64,000 nucleotides of DNA from the NCBI GenBank assembly GCA_003344405.1, contig NOWV01000029.1, positions 372,001 through 436,000 of the forward strand, read 5' to 3'. This stretch comes from Trichoplax sp. H2 (Eukaryota). The notes beneath the pieces are model-generated. The model was given only the letters and a program-made list of their open reading frames with translations. It was not told the DNA's origin and ran no database searches. The position numbers and the translations under genes are program-made. Below are positions 27,556-40,555 of this stretch, piece by piece. How positions within the stretch are numbered: position 1 is the stretch's first letter; each line of letters begins with the position of its first letter.

Positions 27556-30500
27556 TTAGCTGTCTTCGTTAGTTTGTTCCTCTTCATTTTCAACTTGCTC
27601 TGTAGCCTCGCCATTTTCTCCGGCAGTCTCACCATTTTCTTCAGCAGCCTCAGCGGTTTCTTCACCAACTTCAGCCACTTCAGCAGGTCCTTCAGCAGCT
27701 TCCTCAGCTACTTCACCAGATCCTTCAACAGCACTATCTTTATTGCCATCTACTTCTTCTTGTTCTTGATCAATTTGGTTGTTTTCTTCTGCCGCTACTG
27801 TTTCTTCATCTCCGCTATTTTGATCTTGTTGCTCACTTGTGTCTTCACCATTCCCAGTTTGATTATCTTGATCGTCTGCTTGAGTTTCGCCATTATCTCC
27901 ATGGTTATTCTCTTCACTATAATTTTCTTGCTGATCATTACTGTTATTTTCTTCTCCTGCTTCTCCCTCTATATCGACACCATTGCTCTCATTTTCTTGC
28001 TCTGCGTCATCAGGCTTATTTTCTGTATCCTCCTATCCCATAACGAGTGTAGACAAGAAAATAAGTAAATTAAAATATTCCACCCAGGATTTATCATATG
28101 AAATTAAACGGGATGATGTTGCTGCTTCAATCAGCGACTTTTCTTAGCAGTCGCTAACATTACTAATATTAAAATCTCATTTTTGGGGAGATTAATTTTT
28201 GAAGCTGCTTATATAGTAAGTAATCAGATAGAGTCAATGAAAGACAAGCACAAAAAGCCGGCGTACAATTTTCATCCTTTTCTCTAGTATTAGTGTAATA
28301 TCTAACCTGATCTTGAGTTTCAGACATACTGCCATCAATTCCATCTTGCTGTTGCGAATCATTTTTTTCTTCAGTTTCCTCAGATTCTTCTTTAGGCTCT
28401 GGTTCTATTATGATTGGGATACCAAAAGACATTTGCAATTGATGTAGTGGTTTTTCTGCATTTGAAAATTTAGCATCAGCCAGTAGCTTCATGGCAGCTA
28501 AAAATTGATTGTAGGATATTCTCGTATCTGAGATTCTGTATAATTAAAAGGATTTTAATATTATAAAATTACTCTATATGGTCATAACTCTCGTAAAAAA
28601 AATCATCAAATCATTTTTTCTTCATCGTGGAAAATTACGGTATATATTGAGATTGATTCTTAGTCAATGAAATCAATTAAGCTAAAATCTAGACCATATC
28701 TCTTCTATGGCAGTAAGCATCTATTTATCGATATAGCTAAGATTTAGGGAAACAGACATTAGAGATTAAATTTGATGAAACTAAAATCTAGACACTACCT
28801 CAATTATTACAGTTGGCATCTACTATTTATATATGTAAGGTTTAGATTTAGAAAAAAGTAATTAGAGAGAGTATTCTTGTCTTAATTTCATCGATTTTAG
28901 TCAATGAAATCGAATTAAACTCAAACCGATATTCTATTTCTTTATTCTAGTTAGTATCTACTACTTTATATATGTAAAAGAGAAAAATGCTTAGAGAGAA
29001 TATTTTTAATTTTGCTTTGATTGATTCTTAGCAAGTAAAATCGAATTAAACTAAAGTATATATCCTATCTCGTTACTGTAATAAGTATATACTTATATAT
29101 ACGCAGTATATAAGATTAAGGAAAAGAAAGGGCTTAGAGAGAGTATTTGGTCTTAGTAAATGAAATCAAATTAAAGTAAAATCTACACGTTATCTCGTTT
29201 ATTGTAATTAACATCTACTTATTTACATATATACAGTGTATAAGAAAAGAAAGGTTAGGGAGCGTATTTTGGTCTTAGACAATAAAATGAAATTATACTA
29301 AAGTCTACACTCTATCCCATCTATTGCAGTTAATATCTATTTATTTACATATGTAGATTTTGGAAAAAACTACCGGTACTTAAAAAGAATATTTTGGTCT
29401 TATTCATATCCTTTCAGATCCCTTTATTATCAATATGAATTGCAACGGCTTGGTAAAGATTAACGGAACTTTGTTAAATAGGTTTACAATAGGGTCCGAA
29501 GTCAATTTGAACTACTATATCCTTTCATTAGATTGAATAATGTTTGAATGGAATCGGTTTATATCGAATCAGTTGTAAGGAAAAGAAAGTAAAGGCTAAC
29601 CGTGGCTAATTTATGACAGTCTAATGATAATAGTTCTTTCCCTATGGGATTTCATTGCGATGGATAATGTTACTTCTTAGATCCTAACTATCAAGAAAAT
29701 CTATCGTGGGTGTTAATGAACGCGGATAACCCTATGATAGAAATTACTTGCAACTAATAACGATAGATTAAGAACGAGCGAATAAATGGTAACATTGCTA
29801 TCCCTTTTTTCTGCCCTACAGTACATATAAAAAAGCAATCATGACTAAAATTTTATCCAATTGCATCTAAACTGCAGCAATCATAAAATTGAAGCTCAAT
29901 TATATAATACATTGTGGTTAAGCTATTCTATAACACAATTGATAGTATAAGAAATTAATAGAGTTTCGTTCTAAATTCAATATAATTATAATTAACACTG
30001 GATTTTGATTTGATAGACACTGCCAATCTGTCAGTATTGCAAATGCCTTTCCTTCACGTTTTATAATCCAATAAGAACCGGAAAGAAGAAGTGATTATTT
30101 CTCCTGTATTACGAAAATGTTATGAGTTTCTTTCGCGATTTATGATTCAAAAGAACATATAGAAAGACATGATTGCTAATCTTATATCAAGAGAATGTTA
30201 AGTGCCTTTCACGTATTGTAATCCAAAAGAATATAGATCACGTTTTATGATTCAAAAAGAGCATGCTAGAAGACGTGATTATTAACCTTGCATTAAGAAA
30301 ACGTTAAAATATCTTTTATGCTTTGTAGCTCAAAAAGAATACAGAGTAGGGGATGACTATTAATGTTGTATTGAGAGAATCAACTTTACAATTACCTTTC
30401 CTTCATGTTTCATAAAGAGAACTAGAGGGAGGAAGTAAGTATGAATCTTGTACTACGAGAATCTATCTTGTAATTATCCTTCCTTCATATTTTGTAATTT

Positions 30501-31438
30501 AAAAGAATATGAAGGAAGAGGTGATTTTTCTCTAGCATTAAAAAAAACTTAAAAGTCTCTTTCTTACGCGCTTTGTAATCCAAAAGGAACATGAAGGAGA
30601 GGTGGTTACTAATCTTGCACCTTTCTTTCACGTTTTATAATCCAAAGAGAAGATATAGAAGAGGTAGTTGTTAATTTAGTATCAAGAGAAAGTTTTCGCT
30701 ATCGATCATGGACAAATCGTATGATATATTGTCTTCTTTTTACGTTTATAATTGAAGAAAATATGAAGACGATGGTGAATGACTACATATATTATTTATG
30801 TTCTTATTATAGCCCTTCATAAGGATGTTGTTTCTCTTATTTAATATCTTTTAAAATAAGTGTAGAAAATAAGAAAAAAGCTTCACTAATAGCAATATTT
30901 CCTCTAGTTATAAGCGTATTTGCAACAGCGGTTACTTGAAATAAACTTATAGCAATCACTGTGTACTAAAAATGATATAATGTAGTGTTGAATTAGAGAT
31001 ATTATAAAAGGGTTAAAATTATATTGAAAGCCTTACCAACTTTGATAATCAAGATTGACAGTATTATAATCTACTAGTGATCTCTATCATTAAAAATTGA
31101 CAAGTCAATGGTAACTTGAATATTTATGCGTACTACTATCATCTGTGATGGCTAGAATAGATAATAAAATTAGTAATATAAGAATGAAAGAGAAGATGGG
31201 CTAGATAAATTAAATAAATAAGACGATGATTTTTAAGTCATTACCTTTTACATTGTGCATACAGCATATCAACATGGGTCGTAGTAAATTTCCTATCCAA
31301 TAATCCAGCATCACGAATTAATTTAGCAAACATGCCACCACTCATTAAGTTACGTGAGTGTATGGGCGCTTTAGGTCCTAATTTGCAGTAATGTTGAAAT
31401 AAGTCTCGAAATGATTCAAAATTTTCAGCAGTTGGCAT
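27556..31438 (-). CDS. Divergent TPPP/p25alpha-like protein: N-terminal p25alpha helical part plus long Glu/Asp/Asn/Gln-rich tail (299 aa, 3 coding exons)
   Basis: Exons 31438-31245, 28535-28307 and 28032-27556 join in frame (900 nt). F..YCKLG...MSGGMFAKLIRDAGLLDRKFTTTHVDMLYAQCK|R...RISYNQFLAAMKLLADAKF resembles the p25alpha pattern M.g..f.KlckD..v.d...T.tdvDi.F.kvk....I....F..Al..lA. A probable 5'UTR intron spans ~31455-31868. Confidence 0.8.
28630..29405. repeat. Degenerate ~110-130 bp tandem repeats in the TPPP-like intron
   Basis: Recurring TTAGTCAATGAAATC(G)AATTAAACTAAAATCTA...TTAGAGAGAGTATT, about 6 copies. Confidence 0.75.
30050..30770. repeat. Degenerate ~60-75 bp tandem repeats in the TPPP-like intron
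   Basis: Recurring TTCACGTTTTATAATCCAAAAGAA...GAAGA.GTGATTA..AATCTTG, about 8-9 copies. Confidence 0.7.
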
Positions 31439-33945
31439 TTTTCCTTTTGATTCTGTTTAATCGATGCTTGTAATTTTTTAATTTTTAATAAAAGTTAAGG
31501 TAATTTTACTATTTTTTTCGATATAAATTCTTTGCTAAATGGTGGCAGTAAATCGATTCAAGCTTGAGAAAGGGTTACTAGGACTGTGCCAATTTAAATG
31601 GCTATAGAATTGAGCTGGGTGTGATGACCTTGCTAATGGGGTAGTCTATAGCAGCAATCAAAGATGAGTTGGTAAGGCTATGATAGAATTTCAAGTTCAG
31701 ATTGATTTATCCTTAATTCAATTCAAACTACCCAAAAACTGAAAATGAATTAGTTTTAGATCGGTAAGGTACTGCTGAAAAGGTGAAATAAGCCGTAGCT
31801 TGATTTAGCGATTGTATAGTTGCTATCCTACTTTTACTCATATAAAATAAATAATTCAATCTCCTTACCTAGTTTATTGTAGCAAATAATATTGTAAACG
31901 AGTTGTAACCATGTTAGCAATAGGAAACGATTATCATAACAATAGCCATGGCTAGCAACAATAAAGAAAGGAATATTAGTTGCCAAGTTGGAATAATTTA
32001 GCTAAGGATACTATACTGTCAATGTCAGCATTAATTATACTACGCTACTATAAAGTAAGCCCAGATAATGACAGCCTGCGGTGTAAACGTGGGGGTGCAC
32101 AACATTCCTCCTATACGATGTCTGCTATTATCACGAATTTATGAATTGCTGCTAATGAAATAAAGCTCAAAGTTGTTAAAATACTAGTCTTAATTCAATA
32201 TTAAATGCTCTGAACATTAACAGTCTATGTATGAAAACGGTAAACAACAACATCATACAGAACTCCATACGATTCTATTATAGTACGTAGAATCCCTGAA
32301 GATGAGATATAACACTCGTCTATAAAGAATATCGCTATGAAAATTACTACTTGACGATATACTGGATATACAAATTAATATTGCCAATATGATGTTGATT
32401 TTGTTGTATATTTGATATCATTAATTAAGTAATCTATGCCAATTAATGAGATTCTATTTAAGCAGCTCATTAAATCTTTGAAATTAGAAGTGCTAGATAA
32501 CATGGGAGAGGATGTCGCTAAAACGGTAGTTGAAATATTAATAATTTACTAAGATTCTATTAAAGCGCACATGAAATTTTAAAAATTGGAGATGGTCTCA
32601 GCGTATCTTGCAAAGATGTCACCGATATACGCATATATATATAAGTATACACCAATATATCTATATATGTATCATTGCATGTACATGTAGGCTGATAATT
32701 TTGCTGTTTATTGCCAACATACGGTAAACGCATACTCACATATAGATTTAAAAAGACTCCGTATAATAGCGTACAGCTTCTCTAAAAGTGCTATACCACA
32801 TAGAGAGGATGTCGTTAAAACAAGTAGTTAAGGTATTAATGATTTACAAACACATGTGACTATAAATGACCTTCATATACGCAACATTCATACGAATGAA
32901 TGCTTACCAGATACCTATATATAGAAAGAACCAAAGCAAAGGACTCCGTTATAGGGTAGAACATCTCTAATAAGTGATATGAACATGTAGAGATTGTCAC
33001 GTCAAATGCCGCTTGATTATTTGGTGCGTGTATTGTTATGTCTCTTATTCACGTACTAGTGATTTATTCTGTTTTGATCGTGAAGTAATATATAAAAATA
33101 TAATTCTCGAAAAGTGGTATACATGTTCATCATATGAGGAATGTTTCTACGTTAAGCACTCCTTGACGATATAAATGTGAGTAAACGCAAGTTTAATTTT
33201 ATTTCATTACCTATAACGTGCTATTGATTTTGCTGTATACTGATCGTGATATGTCCTATATCGATCATGAAGATCCTATTAGAACTTATCAAATCTCTAC
33301 AAGAGGCATGAAACATGTAGAGAATATCGCAATTTAAAAACTTCTTCTAAGGATCATTACTATAGGGTTGTAGTTAGAAGATCGATTACTAAACCATCAG
33401 AATATTTTATTCGTTTTGTAATTTTGAACAGATGCGATCCTACGTAAATTAAATCTATTGAACCTATTATGCTTTCCACAAAAATCATTTGAAGTCGAAG
33501 TACAACTTAAGGTCGTAGCACCATTTTAAGCGTATCCATTTATTATCAAGAAGTTATCAATTTCAAAATTTATTACCGAATATGTGTGATCTCGTATGTG
33601 TAATTGTCATATATACAGTCGTGGACAAAAACTCAATATGAGATTATACCAAACAAAGTACTAAAAGATACACCAAAACTTGGGAGTAAATAAATCAATT
33701 ATAGATTAATTATCTAACGTTGTATATCGAAAGGGTAAACAGATATGCAGAGGTAAAATTTGTCTATTTCGGATTGTTAACTAGAGAACTCCAGCTACAA
33801 GAACTTTAAATAACAACGAGCTGCTTTAATTACAGAGTTGATATTACAGCAGAAACAAGGTGACAGTGTCGTGAAATATCTTTTAAGAAGCTAGGAAATT
33901 TTAAAGATGAGTTGATAAGACAAAACAATATACAAATAAGAGCAA

Positions 33946-36900
33946 TCATAAATTTAAAGCTCCTTGTGATTGTTCGTGTGAAAAATGGAGCTGGAGTTCA
34001 CTTAATTTATTTTTTAAGGTAGAAATACCAGATAAGACAATATTTTCCGGTCGTAGAGATCCTGACGTCTAAATAAATTAGATAACATTGGTCAATATTC
34101 AATTACCAGATTTATTTTCACGTTATCAATTTCTTAATTTGCTTTGAAACCTCAACGTTAAGATAGAATTTATCTGCAACAGTCTGGGAGTCATATGATG
34201 CTTCATCTGAGGATATAAAACATTTAAAATTACGTTCTATTCAATGTAGATAGCAAGACCTTGGATTCAATTATCTCTAAAGTACAATAGATAAGTATGA
34301 TATTTAACAGTTTAGATATTTATATGTTGAACTTACAGTTATCTTCAGGTAAATTAGAATATTCACTTTTTGGCCTAAATGTTGGATAAATGATATAATT
34401 GAAAGATAGTTAGGAAGTTACATAAGAGATTGTATTATATTCCTTTTTAAGTTCAAAATTACGACGGTGTGATACGAACCATTCCTCTGGTTTGGGATAC
34501 GTTGTATGTCTCATTGCATTGTCAGGATCATATTCGAAAGCTACTGACGCTGTAGGATTCCATTTAGCATGTTCCGTTCCTAAACCCTGAAGATACCATC
34601 GATGCAATGTTTTTATGACTACTGTACATTAATATGCAATATTCAATATATGGGTATAGTGTTTAATCTATACCTTTTTGGCGTAAGCTTTGATTTTAAT
34701 TTCCTGTCCTCTACGTAATTTCGCGATCAAGATGTCTAAATTATAATAATACGGAAGAAAATAAGAGATTGTTTTAAAGTCAACCATTTCACAACGGGCT
34801 CAGATCATCTTATATTAATTATACTATGTGAGATATAGTTGATATGATTATCATTGGCGGATAGAATGGAAAATTGCTCTTGAATGAGTGCTTTATCACT
34901 TACCATCTTCTTGATCTCCGTAAACTGTATCGTCTTCTCCATAGCGTGTCGTTACCTAGGATAGAAGACATGCAATGTTATTCATAAAGCTAGCGATACT
35001 TTAAGTGTACCTTTCTAAATTATTTGAACAATCAATAGCTTTGCTGTCTTGTATTTGCACAGTATAAAATTACTTACAGGGACGACACGGCTATCGGAAG
35101 ATATGAGATCTCTGGTAGTAACATGTCGCGTTTGATCATCGTTACACCTTACATCCAAGGTAAATTCAACCGAACACTCGGGACAATGTTCAATGCAATT
35201 ACAATCCTTAATAATTAAGGCACAATGAAGCCATAACATGTGGTTAGGATAGCTTGATCTCCAAAAAGTATAATTGTACAATCAATCAATCATACTTACT
35301 CGTGAATATTGTAAACGATCAATTACTTCATCACAAGTTAATGGAATCAGCCCAAGTCTATGAGCTATAAATTCATCGCTCAAAACGGATGTATTATTAA
35401 CGAATTGTACCCAATCGATTGCTGTTAGGGAAGAAGATAGGAGAATGGTTATTCATCAAGCTGGTGTGCAGGGTTTTCAGAAGGCACGTCAGAATAGAGA
35501 ATAGTGTTTAGTGAACTATTCGAAGAGTTTGTGCGGTATAAATGGTAATTGACTTGGAATGGACTTGACTGCATTACCTAGGTTTAATTTTTATCTCTGT
35601 TTGCGCAATTTGCACAGTATAAAACGTAATTGACTTGGAATGGGCATTACTGCATTACCTAGGTTTGATTTATATCTCTATTTGAACAGTTACTACAGTA
35701 TAAAACGAAATTGACTTGGAATGGACTTTACTGCATTATCTAGGTTTGATTGATATCTCTGTGAGAATAATTTGTACAGTATAAAAGATAGCCGACTAGG
35801 AGTAAACTTTAATTAATACAATACATAGTAGTGCAATGCTTAGCACGTTATTGCAACCGATCCTGAAATAACAGACAACTAATTCAATGACTGTAGCGTA
35901 CTGTAAAACTGGTAGATTTCGTGGTATTCTATAGCTGCGTAGAAGGATTTTCCAAATCAGTAGGAATTTAAAATGCCATATACTTACCTAAAGTGGGGAC
36001 ATTGGCAATGAAGATACGTCGTAAGCTATTGGCCACGCTATATCGTATTAAAGCAACGAAGTTAGTTCATAAAGACACGATTATTCTTGTCTATGTCTAC
36101 TTTTGACAACTGTAGTTGTCTTTTAGGTAGTAGTAATCAATTCTTTGATGGAATATTTATTTTAAAATTAATTATTGGATTAATATTTCTAGAGTACGCT
36201 GGTGTATAAAGTAAGTAGTACATTATGATACGATCATTTCTGATAATGCCTGCCATTAATGACTATAGTTGTGCTGTACTGATAAATCCTTGATAGGGTA
36301 TCTTTTTTAGATTGGTTTGTCGATCAGTATTGGTAATGGACTGTCTATATGCTATCTCTCTGTATTGTAGTGTCCTACTGTATCTTTTTATCTCTTACCG
36401 TTGGCTAATTAATTATTGTATTCATCATCGATGCTGCACTGATCAATGTTTGGACAGCTATTTCGTTCGATTTAGACAATTCCAGGGTTGATCTATGTAC
36501 TGAGAGCATATACTATATATCTGTTATGTCTACCCGTGATTAATATAATAGTCTTTCTATTGATGAATGCTTTGATAAATGTCTTATTAGATTGACCTCG
36601 TTGCTCAGTCTTTCTAATGGATGAGTATTATTCTCTATCTCTTCTGGCTTTAGATGACTATATTTGTCCTCGTATGCTGTACAATATCGATCTGTCTTTT
36701 GATGTACCGTATTGCTAGAATAGTTGATTGGTATTTCTGCTGTACTTATATGACTAGAAAAGCGTATAAAAATCGATGCTGTACAAAACTAATGTATGTA
36801 TGTAAGTATTCAATCTTTTGATGGGATGATTGATATTTTGGTCAGATTGGAATAGTCCATTAGTATTGTACAGTACTGTAGCAATATAAATGTGTATCAA

Positions 36901-37498
36901 AACTATGCTATCCAATATTGAAATAATCAATCCTTTGATGGAATGATATTTTGTCCCATTTTCAACAGTTGAACAGCATGTATCCTGTAACTATATCAGC
37001 AGAATAGTGTGTCTATACTCTATATGTAAAATACTGAAATAGTTCATCCCATGATTGAATGATATTTTCCTAGATTGAAAGCGTCGGTTTCAATTTCTTA
37101 CGTGTACTCTATCCTAGACCATAGGAACGTCTAGTGATGTATGACGATATCCGTATAATTTATAAGTTATATCCAATATAGGCTTGAACTCTGAGTCAAT
37201 TACACTACACCTACTAGGAATCAAAGCAAAACGATTGCAATCATCCTAACTAATAGCCATCATTGGATGATGACAAGAAATTCGTCCATTGCCATCGCTA
37301 ACAACAACTACAACATCAGTTATGGATTGATCGAATCATGACTATAGAGGTACTTGTTCATCACAGTAGGAGACTAAGAAAGCCTAATAGCAATATCGAT
37401 GCAATCTTTTACCTTAAATCGGTATTTTCAAGGATAAATTTGACATTTTCATTGGTTAAATCGGGAATAGTAACCCGAGGTTGGCTAGCGTAAGGCAT
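33946..37498 (-). CDS. POLR2C: RNA polymerase II subunit RPB3
   Basis: [29 protein letters not shown] (37498-37413) | [16 protein letters not shown] (36037-35988) | AIDWVQF...[13 protein letters not shown] (35421-35300) | [19 protein letters not shown] | ... | [20 protein letters not shown] | [28 protein letters not shown] | ... | [15 protein letters not shown]...* (TGA 33948-33946). Confidence 0.98.
35535..35810. repeat. 81-bp tandem repeat, about 3.3 units, in POLR2C intron 2
   Basis: GTATAAAACG(T/A)AATTGACTTGGAATGG...ACTGCATTA(C/T)CTAGGTTT at ~35537, 35617 and 35698, with a decayed copy at 35780. Confidence 0.9.
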
Positions 37499-39000
37499 GT
37501 TTGCATCCGCTGGAGGTCATCGAATGGAGTGAAATCCGCGTGTGGAAGCTTTAACGAATAATTATGTCGTTCTGGATTGGGGCTGGTATTAAAACTAGTG
37601 TAGTAGGCTAATGACTGAAGCACTTACCTCTCTTTAGACTAGCGGATAGAATCCAATCCAGTCCAGGAGGACATACGCATTTCTACTTGATACTTCAACC
37701 CAAACAAGAGGTAGGAGAAAGTAGAATTCTATGATGAGAGAATCGTATCTGACGACGCCGTATGAAAACGAGTATAACGAACAAGAGAAACGGACGTGAC
37801 AGACAGACACAACCGTTCTGTTCGAATTTGAAGAAGTGCTTGCAGATCTTGCATGACTGACTGGTTGGTTCGCAGACTTATTCAGAATGAGCTAAAGGCA
37901 TATTATTTTGAATAACCTCTTTTAATATTCCAAGAATCAGAGGATTAGACTATTTAGAATATCATCCCTACAAATTATGCACATGATAAATTGACGTTAA
38001 GATGATACTCTTGATTTTGTGAATGGCTAAATTACCGTAGCACAGATAGTAGAATGAATGGGAATGAGCTAAATGCATGTTTTGTAACATCTTGTGTTAT
38101 TATTCTAATGACCTATGATTAGATATGATTCCTGCAAATAATAATCTAAGAATTATTAGACAGGACTTGTGCAAAGTATGCATACGAGAAATTTGCACAG
38201 TACGCTAGAAGGCTTACGTTAAGACAATTGATAGAGAGAGAGAGAGATGGATACGTTGTATACAGTATACTGTACTCTGGTTGAATCATGGTATAACACC
38301 AACAAATTACCGTAATATCCAGAATGAGCTAAAAGCCTATTTTGAACATCCTGTGTTATTACTATTTTAAGGATCAGAGGGTTGGATATAACGGCTGTAG
38401 ATATTGAGTTTTCAGGTAGAATGCTTACGTTTAAGATAACGAAATTTTCTCAAGATGATAACTCTGGTTTAATGCTCTAGTCAATTAGTAACGAGCATGC
38501 AAGTATACTTATGGACTAGGAGAAGGAAACCGACTCATCGTTCCATGGTATGGGGTGCATGCATGGCACATTGTTGTTGGAGCACAGTTGTATCGAGGAC
38601 TGGATGAAGAAGATTTCATCACTACTTTACAGTATCCTACAAGTATTTTAGTAGTCCATACCTCTACTCAGTAAAAGAGCTGGCCTCTTTTGGGATATTC
38701 GTATCTCTTCTATCCAAACAATCTGCTTTGCATCGATTTCCTGTGCGTTGCCAGTACTGATAGCATATCCTGTGATGACAGTATGCTGTCCATATTTGCA
38801 GTAGCAATAGCTGATAAATGAATTTATTGAACTGGATATACCGATCGCTAAATTAATTGCCATCGTTATTACTGTAACTCCAGTTTTCCCCCCCCCCCTC
38901 AAAAAGAAAAATATTATTCATTATTTACTCTATGCAATAGCCAACCAATGGCTAGAATCCTCTTCCAGTAACCGCAAGTTCAAGGAAATTTCCTTGGTTA

Positions 39001-39014
39001 GTTGCCATAGCAAC
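39001..39014. promoter_or_regulatory. RFX X-box
   Basis: GTTGCCATAGCAAC matches the RFX consensus GTTGCCATGGCAAC at 13/14. It lies 1.5 kb upstream of the Slo ATG, before a probable 5'UTR intron (AAG|GTAAAT ~39286 ... ATCAG 39356). Confidence 0.75.
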
Positions 39015-40555
39015 TGCCAACAAAATGATGGAATCTCCTCCCAAGTTCTTTGTCATACTATCGATAGTATAGAGTATCAGAAAGGAGAAAGGTAATTATA
39101 CAACAGTATAGACTGTTGGCCTAAGCCAATCCATTCGCTGGTGGGTGCAATATTGACATCCGTTGTTGATCTAAATCATCGATTGCGTTGGATTAGTTTT
39201 TGAAAGCCAATCAGTAGCTTATACCATTTACTTTATTCCTCAAGTAATACCTGCACCATTACCCTAGTGGCCTGTTCACTTTCAAGGTAAATTATTATAA
39301 TTAATCATCATCAACAACACTAATTTAAAATTCATCATCGCAATATTTCATATCAGGAAGGACTTGGCAACGAAGGAAGATTCTTTTTCGACCTTGTCTT
39401 GGCTAATAACAGAGCTAATCAACATTATTTTAGCTTGATCAACTCACTAGCTAACCCTATTTCTAGTCAAAGACGAAAAAAATCAAACGTTAGACGATGC
39501 AAGAGACACTTGTAGTGTTCTAGTGGAGAGCATGTTGACCAAGGATTATTTGGGATATTGCAAGTTCTTCATTATATCGCATTCTCAATAACATTTCTTC
39601 CTCGATAGGTACTTTTAATAGTAAACAACCATTACGTCTATGACATGTTATATGGCTATGAAAGTGTAGAATTAATCCTAACGATTGATGTTGAATTTTT
39701 AAAGTGGAGTAGAGAATAATATCAATCACGTTCAATAATTATACTGTCGAATTATTTTCATTCTATACAGAATACTTTTAAGTTATTCCTTGATATTTCA
39801 TGTTCAAATTGAGTTTTTGCTTCTATACTATAGATAATTCAATTAAAATACTAGAGATCACAGGTATTACTTATCATTATAGTATAAAATCGATCTTACT
39901 GTTGGTTTACGATTGGCATTGGATTTTTAGACTCAAGTAGAAAAAAATCAATCACGTCAACAATTATTTCTTTGTATACTCAATACTTTCGATTCTCTCT
40001 TTCACATTCCATGCTCAAATCCAGTTTTTTTTTACTCTATAGATGATTTCTTTGAAATACGAAAGGGATCACTTACATCATCATCATCACTGTTTTAAAG
40101 CCATCAAGGTATCCATTTTTCTCTCATATTGATCATTAATTACATTGGGTATCGGCGAGAAGGAATCAGCCAACCCCGACAGCAATCGTTTCATCGGCTT
40201 TATTGGCAGTCTCTAAATTCTTCCTTACACAACATTTTAAAATCCATTCCTTCCTCCACAGATTAAAATACTAAAAGGGTTTCCGATATTAGTCGTTACT
40301 AGACATATTGAAGTTTAACTTTACTCTTGACGTGAAATTCTCTGCCTTAAGTACAGAAAAGTAATTACATTTGTCACCCTTACTGCTATCTCTTGCTTAC
40401 TGTAGACTTGAAAACTCCACTGTCTAATCCTCATACTACTCTCCATTAAGTTAATATAGACGTGCAGTAATCCATTTCAACTGAGTCTAATATAGGCTGA
40501 GAGCATTTTCCATCTCGTTTTCGTAATAATACATTCAATTTAACTCAAGACAACC

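Noticed and set aside
27502..28068. 188-aa hydrophobic + strand ORF resembling a membrane protein
   Set aside because: It is the antisense shadow of the GAA/GAT-rich acidic exon of the TPPP-like gene.
36324..36428. Box C (ATGATGA) ... box D (CTGA) pair on the minus strand in POLR2C intron 1
   Set aside because: No proper terminal stem, no rRNA complementarity I can recognise, and it sits in a degenerate repeat.
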